A stretch of DNA of 64,000 bases, from contig CATNEN010000034.1 of the NCBI GenBank assembly GCA_950097015.1, forward strand, positions 6,882,001 through 6,946,000. The letters are read 5' to 3'. This document shows, piece by piece, positions 25,451 to 37,922 of this stretch; the first letter of the stretch is position 1, and each line of letters opens with the position of its first letter. The stretch is from Macrostomum hystrix (taxonomy: Eukaryota > Animalia > Platyhelminthes). Below the pieces are notes generated by a model that was not told the origin of the DNA, ran no database searches, and worked only from the letters and a program-made list of their open reading frames with translations. The translations under genes and the position numbers were made by a program.

Positions 25451-25480
25451 CCTGTTTGCTTCTTCACTTCATTCCACGAG

Positions 25481-26886
25481 TCAGTGCTCGTGGCTCCGCT
25501 CAGGCGGCATGCTGTTCAGCTGGTACATAGTGGCTCCCGAGGGTAGACCATCGTTACTAAAGGAGCGAAGGAAACTTCGGCAGCGGCAGCAGGCTAGTCC
25601 CAGCACTGACGTCTTGAACTGCGCATTGCGAGAGAACAGGACAAAGAAGCTTACGCACTGGTTCACAAAAGACAGGGCCAGCGAGGCGTAGGCCATGTTA
25701 GCCAGCAGGCTCAGGTAGTCCAGATGCTCGGCCATGTCCAGATTGTCAAAGTTGATTTCGAAGAGCATGCGGAATACAGCCAGTGGAGTGTGCAATAGCA
25801 TGTAGATTAGCGTTAGCAACAGAACGACAACCGTGCCGCTCAAGTCGCCCGTGTCCCCACCGCCACCGCCGCCGCCACCGTTCCTGAGTGCTCGATGAGC
25901 CTTCAATGCGTCCGCCACTTTGGCCAGCAGGGCCAGGTTAAGGACCAGCATCAGCAGAATGAACAGCATCGGCGGGTTGGACACGGCCGGCGTGAAAATC
26001 TGAACGTGAAGGTCGAATTTCATAGAAAATTTCACCTGTCATTCAAAGATTAAGTAGATTAAGTACGAGCTCAATCGGTGCATGCGGGTGTTGGTGCTCA
26101 GGGGTCGGTGGAATGGGTGCCTGCAGTTTATCTTTAGCAGAGCTCAGGACCTGCATGAAGGTCTGCGCCTCGTCCAGTCGATAGCAGAAGATCAGCCGAA
26201 AGTTTCCAGGCATTTGCAGGTAGCGATGACCCATCAGGATGCCGGAGGGCACCGTCAGAGCTGCTGCGGTCAGCAGGCCGACCAGCAAAGCACCGCCGGC
26301 CCATCGCCGACCGAACTTCCGCATGGCCAGCGGGCGGTGAACCACCAGCAGTCTGTCCGAGACCAGGGCTAGCAGCCACAGGCAGCCTAGCAAGTGCAGG
26401 AAGTTCATCACGAAACGCATCACCTTGCACATGGCGTCGCTGTAATTGTAGACAATGATGGCGAGACGGCCGTCCGTCAGCCAGGGCAGGCCCTTGTTCA
26501 GGAAGCAGTTAAACAGGCCGTTTAGGTCCAGGTTGAGGGTGTCGACTACGGGCAATGAAGGCGAGGTAGATGCTCTGCCGGGTCAGCGGTCTCACGCGGA
26601 ACAGCATGACGTAGATCACCACCAGGTTGCCCGCCGTGCCAACAACAATGAGCAGCGGCAGCAGAACGGCCGAGACGACTCCGATGAAGTGCGACAGGGC
26701 GCATTGGGACAGGCGCGAGAGATCGCCGGCATTGTAGCGGCGACAGTCCTGGACTATGGATACGGTGGACTCGACGTAACCAATACGAACAGGCGGCCCA
26801 CCTTGCTCTACGCCACCGCTGAAGTTTGCGCTGCTCGACATTTGTCCAGCTGCTGGTTGGCCATGCAGGATGGTGCGGAGTTTCAT
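25481..26886 (-). pseudogene. Class A (rhodopsin-like) peptide-receptor-type GPCR, frameshifted as assembled
   Basis: TM1 VGTAGNLVV, TM2 YLAFIA-VVD, TM3 C...SDRLLVV..P, TM5 P...LVLN, TM6 TLIYMLLHTP, TM7 NQCVSFFV. An extra G in a GGG run at 26550-26552 breaks TM2. Probable intron 26036-26150 (alternative in-frame acceptor at 26000). Could be an intact gene with a consensus error. Confidence 0.8.
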
Positions 26887-26959
26887 TTGGGTGCGCGATG
26901 AATGGGAATGATGAGACCTGTCTGCGATAGATGCATGGGAATGCTGAATGGGAATGTCG

Positions 26960-27285
26960 AAAGGCTGTCTGGGTGTAATGAGCGGGAATATGTCGCGCGA
27001 ATTGGCTGTCTGGGTGTGATGAGCGGGAATATGTCGCGCGAATTGGCTGTCTGGGTGTGATGAGCGGGAATATGTCGCGCGAATTGGCTGTCTGGGTGTG
27101 ATGATCGGGAATGTCGAAAGGCTGTCTGGGTGTGATGAGCGGGAATATGTCGCGCGAATTGGCTGTCTGGGTGTGATGATCGGGAATGTCGAAAGGCTGT
27201 CTGGGTGTGATGAGCGGGAATATGTCGCGCGAATTGGCTGTCTGGGTGCATGGTGATGAGCGGGAATGTCGAAAGGCTGTCTGCA
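26960..27285. repeat. Minisatellite with alternating ~41-bp and ~34-bp units (GCTGTCTGGGTGTGATGA...) upstream of the minus-strand GPCR
   Basis: Tandem copies; ends about 40 bp from a minus-strand acceptor (GCAGACAG, ~26919). Confidence 0.9.
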
Positions 27286-27959
27286 TGGTTGTGCTTAAGA
27301 AAAGTGGAAACAGTACAGTACAGTGTGAGTTTATTTGATTTCTTGCACTCACTGATACTGATCTGATTAACGGTCTGTTTACCTGTTTTCCACGGCAAAA
27401 AAACGTATCGAATTACAGATGCTCTTAATTTCTCAGAGAAGAGAATCCAGAAAAAAATTCTAGCAAGGTTACTTCTCAGATGAGCTTGTATACTGATTTA
27501 AATAGGTCGAAGCTCCTTGCCATGCAGTGAGAGCCAATCAGCAGCAAAATCTGTTTTTAAACTAAACGAGAGCCATGACGGTTTTGGCCAATAACAGACT
27601 TATTTGATTGTTGACTAAAATATTATCATCATCCTACGCGTGCATTCGACTTTCAGTTGTTCCTTAAATTAGAATTTATTCAAAAAAATCCATTAGAATT
27701 TTTTGCTCAGAGATTATCATTATATTTAAACAAAAGTTCGCTTCGAATCGATTTCCAGGAAATGCATGTTGCTTTAAAAATCAATGCACCAAATTAGTTT
27801 CTAATCTGCGCAAAGCATTGTTAACCTTAAAATTATTTTCCACCTCTCGCTCATTTAACTTCGGAAGTCTGACCGTGGTTCGAATCTCTCAGGCAAGGGA
27901 ATGTCGGGAAGGGAGAGGCTATATTTACTGTCTTTGTCCTCGAGGTCAGGAAAATTAAT

Positions 27960-28135
27960 TCGCGATTGCTACAAGAATAATAAGGAGGCAATTCTGCCAA
28001 TTTCGTTGACTTCTGATCATACAAGCACTCAGATACCTTTGTACGCAGGCACTCGCTCGCACAGGTGTGTACATCTGCCCCGACTTTCTCATTGTCAGGC
28101 AGTGTACACTTTCACTGTGTCTTAGAGATGGCGTC
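27960..28135 (-). mobile_element. SINE family B, 3' partial copy
   Basis: Reverse complement matches 51770-51900 (AGTGTACACTGCCTGAC.ATGAGAAAGTC.GGGCAGATGTACACACCTGTG..GCAGAATTGCCTCCT). Confidence 0.8.
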
Positions 28136-28871
28136 AAGTGAAACTATGAATTAGCCCGAATTCCTGCAATACTAGCAGCTCCTTCTCTAAAAAATCAGGA
28201 TTTTTTAATCCAAGCAGATCATGGGATTAATTTGATTAAAATTTATCTGACATGCTCGTACAATACTTCGGCATTATAATCGAAAATTGGCATTTAAATT
28301 ATTTTCCAGCGCAGTGCATTGCTAAATATATATGCTCGAATGTTTACAAAATATATCACGTGTTAGGTAGGCATTAGGTTGGGCTCAGTTGAACTTCGCA
28401 CCTATGATCAAAACAGTTTAGTTGAATCACACTACACTAAATTAATTACCTAATAAACGCTTTACCTATTAGCGCTAATCTTTCGCTGTTTTCGCTTAAT
28501 TGCGTTATCGTTTTAGCTTTTAGACACATGCCTTTGTAGTTCGTATTGAACAAGATAAACATGTTTGGCTAAGCCTGTTTTGGTTAATTCACTCACCTAA
28601 TTTACAGGCGCACTAAAGCCATGAACAAAAACACATTACTGTCTATGTATTGTTATAGGGGGGGGGCCTACCTAAATATTAATGATGTTATAAATATTTT
28701 TTTAGTTTTCTATAGGCTATTTAAAATCACGGCTAAGCAGCTGTCTACAGGACAATAATAAATTAGACTAAGCCTTTGACATTCAATTTATCAATTTAAA
28801 TGTTGCGTTCACTACAGAGAGTTCAATTTAAGGGCTACTTAGCAAGACATGCTGCAACATTCTTATTTGGT

Positions 28872-28887
28872 GGCCCTGAAAAGGGCC
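28872..28887 (-). terminator. Histone mRNA 3' stem-loop of H3
   Basis: Minus strand reads AAAAC GGCCCTTTTCAGGGCC ACCA, matching the metazoan SLBP-binding consensus; 94 nt after the stop codon. Confidence 0.95.
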
Positions 28888-28980
28888 GTTTTAGCGTTCA
28901 AACTATGGACGGAATAGAAGCTGAGCTATGGATCTAACCGATCGGCGGCATTTGAGCAGCTGAAACCTTGTTCACAAAGC

Positions 28981-29400
<420 letters not shown>

Positions 29401-29469
29401 CTACTAAGCTTCGGTTATGATAGGTGGGCAACGATGAATTGTGGCTAAATAATAAAATTTTGCAGTTAA

Positions 29470-29660
29470 GTGTGTATATATATATCCAGTTCTCATTATC
29501 ATAATTTATTAACTGTTTTCGGATTGGCTGCGCTGAATTATAAAAAATTTAGTGTTTCTTTCGTTGACACTTTACTGTAAGTAGCATATAGTAAATAAAA
29601 CGAGTTTATCGGATTGGCGCCTCAAACAGCAAGTTGGCCACTAGGACTATTTATATAGTA
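29470..29660. promoter_or_regulatory. Putative bidirectional histone promoter
   Basis: TA-rich box 29476-29486 about 90 nt upstream of the H3 ATG. Two GGATTGG (inverted CCAAT) sites at 29521 and 29611. TATTTATATA at 29648 facing the + direction. Confidence 0.5.
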
Positions 29661-30138
29661 TTTTAGTAAGGATATCAGTAACGATAAAGCATGTAAAGGA
29701 TAAAGGATAAAGTTAAGGGCAAGCATGATAAATAATGAGACCATTATTACTCCAACAGTCCGTGAGCATTAAGGACTACTTTTGGGGCTAAGAGTTTACA
29801 GAACTGTACGGAGCTAAAAGCGCTCCTTGAATATTTGACGAATTTGTCGCACACAGGACAGCAACCTGAACCTACCACTCTCAAAAATGTATATTGAAGT
29901 TCTTCGAGTAGGACTTTAGGCTGTGCAGAATGTGCAAATTCGAGCTGCATCTGGGTTTGCGGCTGTAAACAAAGTTATTAATCTAGAGTGTCTCCTCGTT
30001 TGTACGATTATATCCCATGCGGTGAAATGAAGCAATAGCAAATAAAATATAAAGAAGCCACACATGCACGAAAAATAATAATGGAAGTCATGGGGCAGGC
30101 AAATAAACATGATGATTAAAGAAAAACTGTACTAAAAC

Positions 30139-30154
30139 GGCCCTTTTAAGGGCC
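30139..30154 (+). terminator. Second histone 3' stem-loop with no intact histone CDS upstream
   Basis: CTAAAAC GGCCCTTTTAAGGGCC ACCA, identical to the H3 stem-loop context except one loop base. Confidence 0.9.
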
Positions 30155-30696
30155 ACCACATTTGCAGATAGACATTGATTGCAACTGGAAAATAATCTTT
30201 GGTCCAACCAATGCTGTGAAAATTGATTCTCATTTTATGGAAGTCAATAATTGATTCTCATTTTTCACAACTTAATACGCATAATCTGCGTTATTTACTC
30301 GTACGATCAGTTCTGCTATATAAGTCACTTGCTATATACGAGTAAGTGTTTCAGATGAGCGAAATGTATGCGTATGTATGCAGACTACTCGATTTGTTTA
30401 CATTACAGAGGCACATGGCATGTATGCACGGCATCCAAATGTAAAATCTGTCAAAGCAAGCCTTCTGACAAATCAAAACGTATTTTTTATACTTGAAATA
30501 AACAAGTTAAATTTCCTAATAAACTCATTCCCCCTATGAGTTGGAATGATCTACGATAACTGCCTGCGCACAAATGCCTACGCGACAACTGACTTTGTTA
30601 TTATGAATCAAATACCAAACCATCAAAAAGATCAACAAGTATTTAAACATGTATACATTATCACACACTTACATTTACTTCAAGAATGCATACAGC

Positions 30697-30760
30697 CCGG
30701 GTCAGCAACCTCCGGCCAGCGGGCCATATGCGGCCCTTGAAGCTCCACAATCCGGCCACT
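30697..30760 (+). mobile_element. hAT-type DNA transposon/MITE left terminus (isolated)
   Basis: CCGGGTCAGCAACCTCCGGCCAGCGGGCCATATGCGGCCC resembles the CAGGGGTC.GCAACCT.CGGCCCGCGGGCCACATGCGGCCC ends of hAT MITEs. No matching right end found. Confidence 0.55.
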
Positions 30761-31004
30761 GACCCCTTTTAACACCTCTCTGCTGTCTCATCTCAATCAC
30801 ATGTCTAATGTCTCGTTTCTTCCCTGGATCACCTGTATCCTGTTTCATCCTCTCCCCTGTCTCTTATCTCTCGTATTCTAACTTCCCTGTTTTATCTGTC
30901 TCCCGCCTCATGTTTTCCTTGAATTATTGCACAGTCTAATCTAATAGTTACTGTGGTGTTAATAGTAATAAAAGTCTTGATTTGTAATAACATGAAAGCA
31001 CCAC

Positions 31005-31790
31005 AGGCAGTTGTCGTGCAGTCAGCTGTCATGTCGTGCAGTCAGCTGTCATGTCGTGCAGTCAGCTGTCATGTCATGCGGACAGTTGTCGTGCAGGCAG
31101 TTGTCGTGCAGTCAGCTGTCATGTCGTGCAGTCAGTCGTCGTGCAGACAGTTGTCGTGCAGTCAGCTGTCATGTCATGCGGACAGTTGTCGTGCAGGCAG
31201 TTGTCGTGCAGTCAGCTGTCATGTCGTGCAGTCAGTCGTCGTGCAGACAGTTGTCGTGCAGTCAGCTGTCATGTCGTGCAGACAGTTGTCGTGCAGTCAG
31301 CTGTCATGTCGTGCAGACAGTTGTCGTGCAGTCAGCTGTCATGTCGTGCAGGCAGTCGTCGTGCAGACAGTTGTCGTGCAGTCAGCTGTCATGTCGTGCA
31401 GACAGTTGTCGTGCAGTCAGCTGTCATGTCGTGCAGGCAGTTGTCATGTCGTGCAGACAGTTGTCATGCAGTCAGCTGTCATGTCGTGCAGGCAGTTGTC
31501 GTGCAGTCAGCTGTCATGTCGTGCAGTCAGTCGTCGTGCAGACAGTTGTCGTGCAGTCAGCTGTCATGTCGTGCAGACAGTTGTCGTGCAGTCAGCTGTC
31601 ATGTCGTGCAGACAGTTGTCGTGCAGTCAGCTGTCATGTCGTGCAGGCAGTTGTCATGTCGTGCAGACAGTTGTCATGCAGTCAGCTGTCATGTCGTGCA
31701 GGCAGTTGTCGTGCAGTCAGCTGTCATGTCGTGCAGGCAGTTATCGTGCAGACAGTTGTTGTGCAGACAGTCGTCGCGCAGGCGATTCTC
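31005..31790. repeat. Minisatellite, ~20-bp unit GTCGTGCAGTCAGCTGTCAT with GTCGTGCAG(A/G)CAGTT variants
   Basis: Tandem copies; first block of a compound array. Confidence 0.95.
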
Positions 31791-31824
31791 GTGCTACCAA
31801 TGGACTCGACCATTCTCCTTGCCC

Positions 31825-32305
31825 ATCGACTCTTCCATCGACTCATTTCCCTCTTCCATCAACTTATTTCCCTCCTCCATCGACTCATTTCCCTCTTCCA
31901 TCGACTCATTTCCCTCCTCCATCGACTCATTTCCCTTTTCTCTATCGACTCATTTCCCTCTTCCATCGACTCATTTCCCTCTTCCATCGACTCATTTCCC
32001 TCCTCCATCGACTCATTTCCCTTTTCTCTATCGACTCATTTCCCTCTTCCATCGACTCATTTCCCTCTTCCATCGACTCATTTCCCTCTTCAATCGACTC
32101 ATTTCCCTCTTCCATCGACTCATTTCCCTCTTCCATCGACTCATTTCCCTCTTCAATCGACTCATTTCCCTCTTCCATCGACTCATTTCCCTCTTCCATC
32201 GACTCATTTCTCTCTTCCATCGACTCATTTCCCTCTTCCATCGACTCGTTTCCCTCTTCCATCGACTCATTTCCCTCTTCCATCAACTTATTTCCCTCTT
32301 CCATT
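31825..32305. repeat. Minisatellite, 21-bp unit CCATCGACTCATTTCCCTCTT
   Basis: Tandem copies; second block of the compound array. Confidence 0.95.
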
Positions 32306-33593
32306 GACTCATTCCGGTGCACTAAGGACTCATTCCCGTGCACTAAGGACTCATTCCGGTGCACTAAGGACTCATTCCCGTGCACTAAGGACTCATTCCC
32401 GTGCAATAAGGACTCATTCCCCGCACTAAGGACTCATTCCGGTGCACTAAGGACTCATTCCCGTGCAATAAGGACTCATTACCGTGCACTAAGGACTCAT
32501 TCCCGTGCACTAAGGACTCATTCCCGTGCACTAAGGACTCATTCCCGTGCACTAAGGACTCATTACCGTGCACTAAGGACTCATTCCGGTGCACTAAGGA
32601 CTCATTCCCGTGCAATAAGGACTCATTACCGTGCACTAAGGACTCATTCCCGTGCACTAAGGACTCATTACCGTGCACTAAGGACTCATTCCGGTGCACT
32701 AAGGACTCATTCCCGTGCAATAAGGACTCATTACCGTGCACTAAGGACTCATTCCCGTGCACTAAGGACTCATTCCCGTGCAATAAGGACTCATTCCCCC
32801 GCACTAAGGACTCATTCCGGTGCACTAAGGACTCATTCCCGTGCAATAAGGACTCATTACCGTGCACTAAGGACTCATTCCGGTGCACTAAGGACTCATT
32901 CCCGTGCACTAAGGACTCATTCCCGTGCACTAAGGACTCATTCCCCGCACTAAGGACTCATTCCCGTGCAATAAGGACTCATTCCCCCGCACTAAGGACT
33001 CATTCCGGTGCACTAAGGACTCATTCCCGTGCAATAAGGACTCATTACCGTGCACTAAGGACTCATTCCGGTGCACTAAGGACTCATTCCCGTGCACTAA
33101 GGACTCATTCCCGTGCAATAAGGACTCATTCCCCCGCACTAAGGACTCATTCCGGTGCACTAAGGACTCATTCCCGTGCAATAAGGACTCATTCCCGTGC
33201 ACTAAGGACTCATTCCCGTGCAATAAGGACTCATTCCCCCGCACTAAGGACTCATTCCGGTGCACTAAGGACTCATTCCCGTGCAATAAGGACTCATTAC
33301 CGTGCACTAAGGACTCATTCCCGTGCACTAAGGACTCATTCCCGTGCAATAAGGACTCATTCCCCGCACTAAGGACTCATTCCGGTGCACTAAGGACTCA
33401 TTCCCGTGCAATAAGGACTCATTACCGTGCACTAAGGACTCATTCCCGTGCACTAAGGACTCATTCCCGTGCACTAAGGACTCATTCCCGTGCACTAAGG
33501 ACTCATTCCCGTGCACTAAGGACTCATTCCCGTGCACTAAGGACTCATTCCCGTGCACTAAGGACTCATTCCCGTGCACTAAGGACTCATTCC
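32306..33593. repeat. Minisatellite, 21-bp unit GCACTAAGGACTCATTCCCGT
   Basis: About 60 tandem copies; third block of the compound array. Confidence 0.95.
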
Positions 33594-35420
33594 TGTTCGT
33601 GCTATTGTTTTTCTTAATAGGTTGGCTTGGCTACTTATGTGTAACAAGTATATCTTCTATTAATCGTCTATTTTTGTCTATGGGCCAAGCATCGCACATA
33701 GGTTCATTAGTTCGAATCCGCGTCATGGCAACATTAATTTTGGGCGCAGCCAAGTAGCGAAGGCTTTGTGGGCTTGAGCAGTTTACGCCTAAAAGCTTAA
33801 TCTAAGGCCGACAGCAACACCACAACCTACAGTTAGCTGTACAATCCGCTGTACATGCATTACCTTTTAACAATTCTCTTTACCAGTACTAACAAGTAGT
33901 ATCAGAAGGATTTTGTTGATCGTTTAAACAAAAAATGGAAGGTGAACAGATCAATTTAATAAACAATTTTTTGCGCTTTGAGCTTGTAATGTGAGGCTAA
34001 ATTTAAGCATGAACAGTCCTTTAAGACACAATAAGCTTTTATCTCAACAAATATCATGTATTGATTTATGAGTTTATGTCTACTTTTGGTATTCATATAT
34101 TACTTGGGTAATCTTGCGCAAACGAGGCCTTAGAAGGTAATGTGTTTCTGCCGCATTAGAATAAAAAAATCACATCAGGGCATAAATAGCTTTTAATTAT
34201 AATACAATAACAATCAAATGTATTAGAGCAACGATTTTTGTAATCTCAAATAAATAGACGTGAAAATGTTGTGTACCAGGTAAACAGGCAATCCTGTGGT
34301 CCCGAACTGGCCAAACAAATAAAGTGTTAAAAAAGTGCAAGTTATTTAAGGACAGAGTATAGCACAGTTCACACAGGTGATGGTACACGGATACAGCGCT
34401 GATATGTGTAGCAAGAACTCCAGTTTACTCATTTAAACCACAAGTCCTTCAGCCTGTAATAATACTAATTAAACACACGAAACGATTCTAAAAGCTCTTT
34501 ATTTTCCTAAAATTCCTAGATTCTCATATTTTCTGAGAATTCAAATGTCTCACTTTTAGTAAGATGTCCCAATTTCCTTGAAATACTGAATTTCCGCATG
34601 GGCATAAATCAAAGTATACTAATTGTCTACTAATAAAATAACATTTTTCTAGGATCTGGCAGTTTTTTTGCGTTTCTTAGAAATTCCAGAAATTCAAAGA
34701 AATCCCAGATTTTTCTTAAAAACCAAGATTTTTAAAGAAAAAAGTTTCCTAGAAATTCCAGATTTTCTTAGAATTGCAAGTTTTTTTTAATTCCTTGGAT
34801 CTTAGAATTTGGCCGGTAAAACAAAGTCAATATGACATTTCATTGCACAGAAAAATAAAATTGCGTGTTCCTAGTCTGCACTGGGATATTTAGCGGCGGG
34901 TGATGGGAAAATGAATTAATAATACAACAATAGAGGAAACTGAACGCCATTTGACAAGCCATTCGGGCGTACAGATGCGATCGGAGAGAAGGAAATTAAC
35001 AAATAGTTTCAATAAAAAATTTATTCAAGCGACCGAAAGAAAATCGAATCAGACATATTGAGATTGACGAATCAGCATCCGAGATATTCAAAATGATTAC
35101 GAGCCGTGCCAATGCTCCACACGGGAGAGATTATACCGGTTACAATGTATATTCCTTTGGCTTAAACTCCGAGGAATTGCGGAGCGGTATCACGCGATAA
35201 TCAGATGCTTGCGGGCTGAATAGTCTAGAGAGCAACGAGAATGTACTTTTGATTAAAAATTACAGTGAAAATCAAATTTACTTTTGCTATTATATCTTAT
35301 TCTAGATTGGATTCACATACACCAAAGATCTCAAGCAAAAATGGGAAATTGAGATAAAAAGGACTATCTGGCTAGAAGGTTCTTTAGGCGAAAACAGGGC
35401 ACGCCATCATGCATTTTTTG

Positions 35421-36070
35421 AAAAGGGCACCCCAACAAGGATGTACTTTTGATGGAAAGGGCACCCCAACAAGGATGTACTTTTGATGGAAAGGGCACCC
35501 CAACAAGGATGTACTTTTGATGGAAAGGGCACCCCAACAAGGATGTACTTTTGATGGAAAGGGCGCTCCAACAGGGATTTACCTTTGATCGAAAGGGCAC
35601 CCCGACAAGGATGTACTTTTGATGGAAAGGGCACCCCAACAAGGATGTACTTTTGATGGAAAGGGCACCCCAACAAGGATGTACTTTTGATGGAAAGGGC
35701 GCTCCAACAGGGATTTACCTTTGATCGAAAGGGCACCCCGACAAGGATGTACTTTTGATGGAAAGGGCACCCCAACAAGGATGTACTTTTGATGGAAAGG
35801 GCACCCCAACAAGGATGTACTTTTGATGGAAAGGGCACCCCAACAAGGATGTACTTTTGATAGAAAGGGCGCTCCAACAAGGATTTACCTTTGATGGAAA
35901 GGGCACCCCAACAAGGATGTACTTTTGATAGAAAGGGCGCTCCAACAAGGATTTACCTTTGATGGAAAGGGCACCCCAACAAGGATGTACTTTTGATGGA
36001 AAGGGCACCCCAACAAGGATGTACTTTTGATAGAAAGGGCGCTCCAACTAGGGTGTACTTTTAATCGAAA
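35421..36070. repeat. Minisatellite, 34-bp unit AAAGGGCACCCCAACAAGGATGTACTTTTGATGG
   Basis: About 19 tandem copies, roughly 290 bp downstream of the REPS stop codon. Confidence 0.95.
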
Positions 36071-36358
36071 AGGAAGCATCAACAAGAATGTACTTTTGAT
36101 TAAAAAAGTGCAATTAAAAATGAGGTTATTTAGCCAGACAGCATTTTTCTTGGAAACCATCACCTAGCAAGAATTGAGCGAAACACATAAAACTATTCGA
36201 TAATAAGGTTAATAAGGCTTGAACGAGTAGGATTCGGTTTTAAAGCACACTGAGTGAGCGTACGAGAAGGGTGGAGAAGGTGAGATGCCCGGGTTACTAA
36301 TGCAATAAACAGGGCAGAATCGGGATATATAGCAATTCTAAAACTAAAAACTAACTAT

Positions 36359-37922
36359 TTAATTAAGTGGTTTTAGTCGTTCCAACTCCAGCTCCAACGC
36401 GATGCGTTGCTCCGTGACCTCTTTGAGTTCAACGGCCAGCTCATTGTTGAGCCGGACCAGAGTGTGGTTTTTTTCTTTCTGTGCTTTAACAGCGGCTAAT
36501 AGGCGTTCGCGATTTGGCGGCGGACCTGAAGATGCAGCGTCTGCTGCCGCTTGCTGATAACCGGCGCGCGGCGGCACGGTAGGAGGAGCCAGCAGCTGGT
36601 CAGTGGGATGAAGATGCTGCTGCTGCTGCTGCTGCTTACGCTGGGGTTTGCGCGGCGTCGGATGCAGAACGCCGACACCCGTTGGTGGGATACCGCCAAA
36701 TACTGACGGCTCAGGTGGATGCTGCTGCTGCTGTTGCTGCTGCAATGGTGGCGGCGGAGGCGGCGAGGCGTCGTCATTGTCTGACAGTGGCTGATAGCCG
36801 GCGGCAACAGGTGGCGGCAGTCGGTCGGGAATAGGGACATTGTTGCGGCGCAGCACAACCAGATGCATAGCGGTGGAGAACTCGGCTAGGGTCAGTTGGC
36901 CGTCCATGTCGCGGTCGGACAGAGCCCAGATATGGGACAGCTCCAGCGGGGGTAGGCGCGACTTCTCGAAGAACTGCTTAGCAACTAGGCCGGTCACACG
37001 ACCAGTGAGGCTGGGGCAGAGGGTGAGGAACTGGTTCGCGTAGTATTCCCGCTGCTCGCGAGTCATGGCCAACGGGTCCGAGCTATCGTCGTCATCGTTG
37101 CCATCGGCATCAATGCGCCGACTGTTGTCGGCGTCCACGGCGCCTAACGCGTCGACATCGTCGCGTCGTCGACGCTCATTGTTGTTGTCTGAATCGTCGG
37201 AGTTGGACGAGTCCGAGTCCGTTTCAGAGTCGGAGCTGCGGCCGCCGGCGCCTTCTGAGGACGAGGAGCCTCGGTGACGCCCGTGACGTCGACCCCCAGC
37301 TGCAGAGCCGCTGGTGGCAGCGGAGGCGGCTGCGCCACCAGTCGGCTGTTCGCGGCCGGCCGCTGAGCCACTGATAAGGCCAGTGTCCGAATCGACGTCC
37401 GAGAAGTGCGCCCAGCCAGTGCCGCCGCGGCTGAGCCGGTCGGAGCCGGAGCCATGTCTGCCGCCTCCGACAGTGTCAACGTTGGCGCCTTCATCGGCTA
37501 CAGCGTCGTCGGCACCTTCGGCCTCTTCCGGTTCGTTGCTAGTAAGACTTGGCTTGGGTTTTGGCTTCGGCATCAGCTGCGGCGGCTGGAGAGCCGAGCG
37601 GTCCAGACTCGCTGCCCTGCCGTCGCCGGGGGCCGAGGCTGGAACGCCAGTCGCCTGCTAGATTGGTTTCGGTGGGTGAATATGTCAGCAGCTATAAAGC
37701 CCAGCGGGTTTTAGGCGGCATATTTCGCAACTGCACTACTTATGAGCATAGTAGCGAGATAATGATTTTAAAGTCCAATATTTTTACAGGTCTAGGCAGA
37801 CTCACCTTCTGCTGAAGGACATCTTTCTTGCTTGGCGGCGGCGGTATATAGCTGGCCGATCCGCGCCGCTCAGGAGCTGTTGCAGGCGGATCCCTGGGTC
37901 TATGAATTGATGTCATGGCTGT
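36359..37922 (-). CDS. REPS1: RalBP1-associated Eps-homology-domain protein (REPS1/REPS2 family)
   Basis: EH domain MTREQREYYANQF..L.G.V.G..AK.FFEKSRLP.LELSHIW.LSD.D.DG.LTL.EF..AMHLVV and REPS C-terminal coiled coil AVKAQKEKNHTLVRLNNEL..ELKEV.EQRIALELELERLKP. Exons 37922-37806 and 37657/37654-36359, both phase 0. Possible first coding exon MSNK at 39654-39643. Confidence 0.88.

Noticed and set aside
30953-33579. 666-aa, 472-aa and 423-aa ORFs and their antisense counterparts
   Set aside because: They are composed entirely of 20-21-bp tandem repeats open in several frames, with no coding flanks.
35364-36163. Cluster of minus-strand ORFs (GCPFHQKYILVGVPF repeats)
   Set aside because: By-product of the 34-bp minisatellite.
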